Shown piece after piece: positions 8,983 through 15,691 of a DNA stretch of 15,691 nucleotides. Below the pieces are notes generated by a model. The model was not told the origin of the DNA, did no database searches, and saw nothing but the letters and a program-made list of their open reading frames with translations. The stretch covers positions 1 to 15,691 of the forward strand of contig MTSL01000033.1 in NCBI GenBank assembly GCA_002794465.1, written 5' to 3'. Source of the stretch: Paramicrosporidium saccamoebae KSL3 (Eukaryota > Fungi > Cryptomycota). The position numbers and the translations under genes are program-made. Position 1 is the stretch's first letter. The number at the start of each line of letters is the position of its first letter.

Positions 8983-9972
8983 ATGAAGTCGACACTATTG
9001 TTCTTCCTGTCGTTCTGTATGACTTATGCCGCCTCTACCTCGAAAAAAATCAAAAAGCTTCCTGGTAAAGAAGAATCAGAGAAGGCCTCTAGTGGGTTTG
9101 ATTCGATGGAGCTTGAGCTTAGCCTAGCCCGCCTGGGAAAGTTGTACGCGTCTGGGGCCTTTTGTGGGAGCTCAAGCAACTCTGTCTCCTCTCACTCTCA
9201 ATCCCCCTCTCGCTCTCGCTCTCGTTCCCCTTCTCCCTCTTACGACGTCTCATCCCTTCTCCTCTCTTCCTCCTCCTCCTCAGTTGATGCTCGTTCACCG
9301 CCCAGAAAGCGTCGTAAGACGGTCGATGAAAGAGATGCCGGTGGGTTTATCGTATACACGGACAATTCTAGCTTTGCTCCTTTGAGTTCCCAGGCGCTCC
9401 CACCGCTCCCAAAAGTAGTTGTGCCCAGCAAGGAAATTACTAACAAGTATACGCCGTTTTTGAAGGAGCTTATTGCCGGAGGAGACGACAGTCTGAAGGT
9501 TGTCTATGCGAGCGTTTCTGGCCTTAAGCATATTCAAAGCGAACTGAATGGAATTCCAGAATACATCAAGGCCGACCTTATTCTCAGTTCAATCCCCTTT
9601 AAAGGCCTCCCTCTTAAGGATTTGAAAAAGCTGGAGGCTGCTTTGAATGCTATTTCGGGAAAACGCATCTCTAAAAGGCTCCAAAAGATGCTAACTTCCG
9701 CAATGGTAGTCCTGAAAATTTTCAAAAAGAATTTCCCAAGGGGCCTCACTATTGCCGAGACAGAAGACTTGTTTACTCTATTAAAGTATACGTTGCTTAC
9801 CGCCTTTCCGTTCTACAGGCGCACCGATGCCATGGAATACCGAGATGGCGACTACCAAGTGATGACGGATTGGCCCGTCAAGTATACTGGGCGGGATCAT
9901 GAAATTCGGGCCTTTAGAGAATCACTCCGAGAAATGTATGGCGAGCAAGTGGGGAAAAACCAATCCAAATAA
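8983..9972 (+). CDS. Hypothetical secreted protein, 329 aa, with Ser-rich/RS tract and classical NLS
   Basis: Long ATG ORF in otherwise free sequence; N-terminus MKSTLLFFLSFCMTYAAS is signal-peptide-like; SPSRSRSRSPSPS at aa 74-86; PPRKRRKTV at aa 106-114. No family was recognised. Confidence 0.8.
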   Translation: MKSTLLFFLSFCMTYAASTSKKIKKLPGKEESEKASSGFDSMELELSLARLGKLYASGAFCGSSSNSVSSHSQSPSRSRSRSPSPSYDVSSLLLSSSSSSVDARSPPRKRRKTVDERDAGGFIVYTDNSSFAPLSSQALPPLPKVVVPSKEITNKYTPFLKELIAGGDDSLKVVYASVSGLKHIQSELNGIPEYIKADLILSSIPFKGLPLKDLKKLEAALNAISGKRISKRLQKMLTSAMVVLKIFKKNFPRGLTIAETEDLFTLLKYTLLTAFPFYRRTDAMEYRDGDYQVMTDWPVKYTGRDHEIRAFRESLREMYGEQVGKNQSK

Positions 9973-10384
9973 ATTAGACAGTTTAAGATGGGATAAATTG
10001 TAAATAGGTGGCTAATGCGGCGCACTAAGCAAACACGAAATCCAAATCTGCGAAATAGGTGACATTGTCCACGACTTGGATAAAGTGATTTCTGATGAGC
10101 TGGAACGCCATTTTCAAGACTGTAATTGAAGTAGAGGGTGACTCTTATCATCGCTCAAGTCGTTTTATAGGCTCTTCAATAAACCTGTAATGTAGAGGAT
10201 TGATTAGTTGGGTATTTGAGAATAATGTCATGGTCTGGAGAAGACATTGCGTGATAGAGTGGGTCGATTAGCCGGGTATTTTATGATTGTTACGTTATTT
10301 GTGAGACTATGAAAAAGTTATTGGATCAACAGCGAACGGGCTTCCGTACGACTTGGGTCGCGGTGATCTCCACTACGTGACACT

Positions 10385-10619
10385 TATACCCCGCTTTACA
10401 TGTGCTCTTATCAATGCCACTAGAGCCTGGCCTATCCGGCGACAGTGATCCAAGATTTGTCAATCAGTGCATCTCATCGATGGCGATGACTGCAGTCACT
10501 CTATAAATAGCCCGGAAATTTGCTAGAGTTGACCAACACGAGCACCCAGCGTCTTTAGTGGTGGCGTCCCATTATCCACGGGAATTGAAGCCGCTGTCCA
10601 TCATGGTGATGATTTATCG
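10385..10619 (+). pseudogene. Truncated relic of family X (paralogue of 12785..13453)
   Basis: 10551-10619 reads VFSGGVPLSTGIEAAVHHGDDLS vs AFDNSIPLSKRIEAMLPFDDELA in the intact copy. The start appears to be lost (ATA where copy B has ATG), with frameshifts and the 3' part missing. Confidence 0.6.
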
Positions 10620-10900
10620 TTACGTTGCCGTTGGGTGGGTCATGTTCGCCATGTCATGGTGGGCTAAGCTGGATCATTGATAGAAGGTAGTGCACTCACA
10701 ATTTTCCCCTCGGACCACGGTCGTTAAACCAGCCAGGTGAATCGCTGGACAAATCGGCACAGGAGCCAGTCTTTAATCATTGTGTATTTGAGTGAGCGGT
10801 TAGGGACGAATTCGACTTTGGGCGTGCTTGCAAGATGTGACAATGCAGCTTCCGCTGTAGTTGGCAAAACCTCAGTGTCTCCCTTGGTCTCTTAGATATA

Positions 10901-11005
10901 CTACTCGCATCGATCACGGTGTATCGGCATGAAGCCACATGTAGCAAGTTGATAAAGGCTTATGCATGGGTCTTTGTGTCGATACGCCGCGATCGATGCG
11001 AGTAG
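10901..11005 (+). ncRNA. Candidate long-stem hairpin RNA, copy A
   Basis: 10901-10943 pairs ungapped with 10963-11005: 43 positions, 35 Watson-Crick, 5 G-U, 3 mismatches, 19-nt loop. Transcription is not shown. Confidence 0.5.
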
Positions 11006-11010
11006 CACGG

Positions 11011-11629
11011 CTATATCAGTATAGTGACTATCAGCTCACTATTCAAATCTTTGGCCAATGCACCTACAATGATGGCGGCAATACAGTCCAGGAACACTTT
11101 AGCAAGCCTTTCGCGTCGGACAGGTATTATTTTGCATTCAGGGTGTAACCTGGGAAAGAGAGTGCTAGTACTCTGAAAGGTCTTCTTGATTAAAGACTGA
11201 TTGCTTGATCTAATCAAATGTGTACATGTAAACACGATCCACAAGGACGAGAAAGTCAACAACGCGGTTAGCGTCTTTGTAGTATCTCGGAAGTGCGGTG
11301 CGCCTAGGAAAAGCGATACCCAAATCCATGCCACATGAATCCTAAATTTTGGACCCATTACTTGGCGTATATGGATGGCGAAAACTTCAATAATTGCTAC
11401 GACCATCTTGCTAAAAACCGTGGACGGCCCAATGGATGGTACAAATGAACTCCCTACAATATCAGTCAATAACGGGAGATTTGCGTACCAATGACTTTAA
11501 GCAAGTGGAGCGAGATTAGTACGATATTTACGCTCGACATCAAGGCTGAGGCCCACTGTAACAGCGCTTTAGTAATGGGACATGGATTCCTACTAATTCA
11601 AAAGGTCGGCTGGCACGAAGCTAACGCAT
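11011..11629 (-). pseudogene. Decayed hydrophobic (membrane-like) gene Y, copy A
   Basis: Minus-strand frame GPKFRIHVAWIWVSLFLGAPHFRDTTK matches copy B GPKLRIYVAWIWLFLFTDAPHFRNTTK. There is a 1-nt deletion near 11480 and a stop right after the boundary ATG. Confidence 0.5.
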
Positions 11630-12739
11630 AAATTACCCAATCAAGAAGGGCGAATGACACGATAATGCACCACACTTTATTAAAAGAGCTAACAGGACGG
11701 CACGAGACTCGTGCATCTGATTAGCAGTAAACGCGTTCTCTTCCTAACTGGCCTGGTCGTGGCATTTTCCCCACTACGCGGCAGTAGCATCCTTACTACA
11801 CAACACCATTATTACACGACCGAACAACGTCATAATCATGTCGCTTATTTATTATGCTGTCATTTGCACGCATCTCGACAGAATCGTTCGATACAGATCA
11901 AAAGTTTGATGGCGTGGAATCTCGCGCTCTATTTCGTGTATTTCTGCAAAGAGGATTCCCCCACTGGACCTCACTGCTACAGCCACCGTAATCATTCTCG
12001 ACTATCACTCGGATTATAGGGTACACCCACCCAATGATCACATAAATTAGAGCGATTTGATTCGAGAATAATATCGAAACGATAAAGCAACAGAATACTC
12101 CCCAAACCTCCGACAAGACTCTTTTCCCAGCGGTAGCTATTTTCGTTTTCCGGTAAAGGGCCTTCCTTATGTGTTTAGAGCTTGCCAAAAGTTTGCCATC
12201 TGTGAATTTCAGTATGGCGAACCGCGCGGAATTTAAGAATTGCCCATAAGATGTGCGGCACCACAAAACAGGTAGACCTCCGCTCTAGTCCGCGTCCTTT
12301 TGCTGAACCGACTAGAATGGCCATCTAAAAGATGGCAATGGAAGATAACGCAAGCGTGGCATTATGAGGTACATTGCTTATGCGCGTTGTGATGTGCTCA
12401 GAATGACACATCAGATTATATACACACACCAATAGTGGTTAGTCCCCTTTGAGGACACAAATAAAACGCTCTATTTGCGCCTGCTAATCCCTTGGCGGTG
12501 CGGCTTAATCGGCTCATGATAGCTTGAAAGCAATGGTATATCGGCGGAGAAACTTATTTAATGGCATCCCACCTGCTCCGTGGTGATAGTAGGCTCCTGC
12601 GACACCACACTACGCGGCGTTACGGACCAAAGATTCCAGTAAAGGGTTTTTACTATTAGTATAATGGTGTGTCAATAAATTACTCACCTCGGCAGCGCTG
12701 TCGGGTTGGTTAGGGCGATCGGCGTATATGCGGTGCGGA

Positions 12740-12747
12740 TATAAATA
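12740..12747 (+). promoter_or_regulatory. Candidate TATA box of the family X gene
   Basis: TATAAATA lies 38-45 bp upstream of the ATG at 12785. Confidence 0.4.
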
Positions 12748-12784
12748 GAATTACGAGTCTTACCGGGGGTCACCCGAGTCGAGC

Positions 12785-13453
12785 ATGGTGAAGGCAGGCC
12801 GAGCTCCCATAATACCCACTCTTCGTCGAGCCAAAGCCAAGGTTGAGTCTCGGTATCCCAATGCGTTTGATAATAGTATCCCACTATCAAAAAGAATTGA
12901 AGCCATGTTGCCCTTTGACGACGAGTTGGCAGAACTGTTTCAGCTTATCCACGTCTTTCTGGCTACCGGCTATGGTGACTGGCGCAAATTTCAGGAAAAG
13001 AACATTCCCCTATACAATATCCACGATGGGTTCGTCATGATATATGACGGGAAAATCGCAGAGTGCAAGGCGCTGATTAATAGGAAACTTCTCCCCCCTT
13101 CTAAGCCTGTTTCTTGGACAGGGCTCACGTTTTCAAAGATGAGAAGCATGAATAAGCTTATACCCGACCATCTTTTAACATCGGGGTCACTCGCCAGGGT
13201 GTTTTTTCAGGTTGCTAATTTGCAGCCAGAAGGTTGTCCCGAATTCTGCCAAACATACTATTGCCTGTCCGTTTATGAAAAGCTTACAAGAGATAGGATG
13301 GTTCCCTCTGAAAAGCTTGACCGAGGACTGCAACATGCTTGGAAATTATTTGCCACCCAGTCTTTGTATTTCACGCTTTACAACAAATTGGTGACCAAGA
13401 CTCCCGAGGAATTTGTAGGGTTTTTGGATATTGTCGTGGGACAAGCACCCTGA
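12785..13453 (+). CDS. Hypothetical protein, 222 aa, intact member of local family X
   Basis: ATG in good context (agcATGG). Protein-level conservation with the copy at 13940..14769 (IPDHLLTSGS/IPRHLLVTGS, YYCLSVYEK identical, TPEEFVGF/TPEEFVRF) supports a real coding history. No known family was recognised. Confidence 0.75.
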   Translation: MVKAGRAPIIPTLRRAKAKVESRYPNAFDNSIPLSKRIEAMLPFDDELAELFQLIHVFLATGYGDWRKFQEKNIPLYNIHDGFVMIYDGKIAECKALINRKLLPPSKPVSWTGLTFSKMRSMNKLIPDHLLTSGSLARVFFQVANLQPEGCPEFCQTYYCLSVYEKLTRDRMVPSEKLDRGLQHAWKLFATQSLYFTLYNKLVTKTPEEFVGFLDIVVGQAP

Positions 13454-13939
13454 GGCGCACTCGTAGGCAAGAGCTCTTGGCTATTTGGAGAGTCTCTTTT
13501 GTAGTGCTGCATATTGATCAGTATTTTTCCCCAGTCAGCTGATCCATCACACAACCGCCCACTTGCTAACCGAGAAAATGGCTATAGGCGATTAACAGAT
13601 CGGCATTGCAGGACTTGACAGAAGATTCCGTCGCAAATTCTCGCCCATCACCTGATACGAGCGTGTAGGCAGAACTTTGGTTTATTAAAGTGTCGTGTTA
13701 ATTGGAAGTTAAATGTATTAAAGGACGTAGCATCTTTATAAACATCTATTCTCAATGACAGATAGGTATCGTGGGATAGCTATCAGGCGCCGGAACACCG
13801 ATCACGAACGGGCAGCTCTATACCTCGCTTTATGTTATCGCCGACGCTACTAGGGTCTGGCCTATTCGGGACAAAGATCCAAGATCTACCAATCAGCACA
13901 TCTCATCGATGGGGGATAATCGCAGTCATCCTATCATCA

Positions 13940-14769
13940 ATGGCCTCAAAATTCGCTGGGGTTAGCTAGCACGAACCCCTCGACTAAGCCAAGACCCGAG
14001 TCGAAGCTCAAGTCTCGGATGCCTTTAACGGTAATGTTCCGTTACCCGCAAGGATTGATGCTATTGCGCGTTGTGGTAATGATATATTCCAACTGTTCCA
14101 GTACATCGAAATCTTTTCGGTCATCGGCCACGATAACTGGCAGGAATTCAGGACTGGCTATCTCCCGCAGAAACTCTCGATAAAGGATTCTTGCCGATGC
14201 TTGCTAACAGATTGGATGAACACAAGGCGTTTATAACCGAGAAGCTCCATCCCATCATTGTTGAACCACCTCACTTACCTCAATTAGCCTTTTTGGAAAT
14301 GAGAGCGATGAACGGACACATACCCCGTCATCTTTTGGTCACAGGATCACGTGCCAAGATATTCTGCCGTATCTCTAACTTGATGCCGGAGGATCATTCT
14401 GAGCTTTGCGAGTCCTACTATTGCCTATCTGTATATGAGAAATTTATAAGAGGCATGGTATCCACCGAGGAGCTTGAGCAAAGGTTAGAGCAGGTATGGA
14501 ACTCTTTAATATCCAAAAACCTGCACAGCGTATTTTATAGCGAACTGCTATGTGGAACTCCCGAGGAGTTTGTTAGGTTTGCAGATGGCCTCATAACCCA
14601 AGTACCGGGACACGTTGTATGTGACGACTCCCAAGATCCGTTCAGGCTTTTAACATACTTCTGCTCTTACCCGATCTCATTGTGCCGGTCTGTGTCTGCA
14701 AGACAGTTTGAGGAAGGGAAGGGCATAGGATTCGGCTGTTTGCGGGCGACTAATGAATGTTGGGGATGA
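13940..14769 (+). pseudogene. Disrupted family X paralogue
   Basis: ATG at 13940, then TAG and TAA (13985) within 16 codons. AKTRVEAQVSDAFNGNVPLPARIDAI aligns with AKAKVESRYPNAFDNSIPLSKRIEAM. A 1-nt frameshift near 14171-14181 leads into track ORF 14191..14769 (TTG start). Confidence 0.7.
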
Positions 14770-14858
14770 ATTCGACTTTAGTCGTGCTTGCAAGGTGCGA
14801 CAATGCAGCTTCCGCTGTAGTTGGCAAAGTCTCGGCGTTTCCTCATAATTTTTTAGAT

Positions 14859-14969
14859 GTGCTACTCGTATCGATCACGGCGTATCGGCACGAAGCCACA
14901 TATAATGCGTTAATGATATCTTATGTATGGGTCTTTGTGTCAATACGCCGCGATCGATGCGAGTAGCAC
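14859..14969 (+). ncRNA. Candidate long-stem hairpin RNA, copy B
   Basis: 14859-14904 pairs ungapped with 14924-14969: 46 positions, 38 Watson-Crick, 4 G-U, 4 mismatches, 19-nt loop. Transcription is not shown. Confidence 0.5.
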
Positions 14970-15621
14970 GGTTACCAGGATAATGTTTATCGGCTTACTA
15001 CTGAAATCTTTGGTAAATGCTACTGCAACAATGACAGCGATACAGTCCAAGAAACCTTAGCAAGCCCTGAGCAGGTATTATTTTGCATTCATGGTGTAAC
15101 TTGGGAAAGAGAGTGCCGATGTTTTAAAAAGTTTCCTTAAACCAAGATCAGTTACTTGATCTAATCAGGTGTGCGCATATAAGCACGATACACAAGGGCG
15201 ATAAATTAATAATGCAGTCGGGGCTTTTGTAGTATTTCGAAAGTGGGGAGCATCAGTAAAAAGAAATAACCAGATCCATGCTACGTAGATTCTCAGTTTT
15301 GGACCCGGTATATGGCAAACATGGATGGCAAGAACTATGAGAATCGCCACAGCCATTTTCTAGGAATCGTGGTCGGTACAACGAACGGCACAGATGAACC
15401 CACTACAATGCAGATTAATAGCAAAAAGTTTTGCGTACCAACAGCTTTAAGCAGATGTAGTAAGATCAATACAGTGTTCACGTTCGACATGAAGGAGGGC
15501 TGAGACTCACTGCGGCAATGCTTTAGTAATGGAGCATTAATTCCGAATTCAAAAAGTCGGCCGACACGGCAATGGTGCGTGATTTCTTGATTAAGAGTCG
15601 GCTGGCACGAAGTCAACGCAT
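14940..15621 (-). pseudogene. Decayed hydrophobic gene Y, copy B
   Basis: Track ORFs 15335..15616 and 15165..15356 are successive frameshifted pieces that align with copy A; internal stops occur near 15100-15150. Confidence 0.5.
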
Positions 15622-15691
15622 AATATGGAAAGTTTGACGAAAGAATCTGACTGCATCTGGGAATCCATTACACAATGATGATAAAAGTTTC

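Larger units (their letters stand above)
10330..11631. repeat. Segmental duplication, copy A (paralogous to ~13800..15623)
   Basis: Colinear similarity by eye: 10385-10545 vs 13819-13980 and 10803-11631 vs 14763-15623, with identical 30-mer (10839-10868/14799-14828) and 29-mer (10982-11010/14943-14971) blocks. Similarity ends at aacgcataa in both copies. Confidence 0.9.
13800..15623. repeat. Segmental duplication, copy B (paralogous to ~10330..11631)
   Basis: Same alignment as copy A. Copy B keeps the full X gene body that copy A has lost and has a ~41-bp local duplication near 15555-15602. Confidence 0.9.

Noticed and set aside
9999-10006. TGTAAATA Pumilio/Puf3-type element 27 nt after the 9972 stop
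   Set aside because: About one or two such 8-mers are expected by chance in this window, and none lies behind ATP2 or ATP16 where Puf3 sites would be expected.
10966-11631. Plus-strand coding interpretation of region Y (ORFs 10966..11148, 14757..14966, 15312..15503; similarity ends at a shared TAA)
   Set aside because: There are multiple in-frame stops, and the substitution pattern (position 2 > position 1) fits the minus strand better. Not fully excluded.
11711-12266. ORFs 11711..12019 (+) and 11898..12266 (-), the latter with a hydrophobic stretch
   Set aside because: They have non-ATG starts, 11898..12266 has no in-frame Met at all, and there is no paralogue or motif support. They could be relics but cannot be supported.
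12320-12336. Perfect hairpin GCCATCT-AAA-AGATGGC; also palindrome GTCGGCCGAC at 15556-15565
   Set aside because: Short enough to occur by chance in 15 kb and not conserved in a second copy.

Overview
Eukaryotic nuclear DNA (standard code) from a very compact, fungus-like genome. The combination of 29-48 nt 5'-proximal introns, 80-270 bp intergenic spacers and retained mitochondrial F1 genes suggests an early-diverging fungus or microsporidia relative (Rozellomycota-like); this is inference only. Left half (housekeeping): an unlisted secreted Pro/acidic-repeat gene running off the left edge (316->1, minus), coatomer beta (minus), tRNA-Pro(CGG), spliced MCM2 (plus), two small tandem-repeat arrays, and ATP synthase delta (minus) head-to-head with ATP synthase beta (plus). 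Right half (accessory): a secreted protein with an RS tract and an NLS, then a decaying duplicated block. That block holds three paralogues of an unknown gene family X (one intact), two decayed copies of a minus-strand hydrophobic gene Y, and a ~105-111 nt long-stem hairpin conserved in both copies. The best leads are ActA-like (D)[F/L]PPPP motifs in the secreted repeat protein, the conserved pre-miRNA-like hairpin, and the signal-peptide+NLS+RS candidate nuclear effector.
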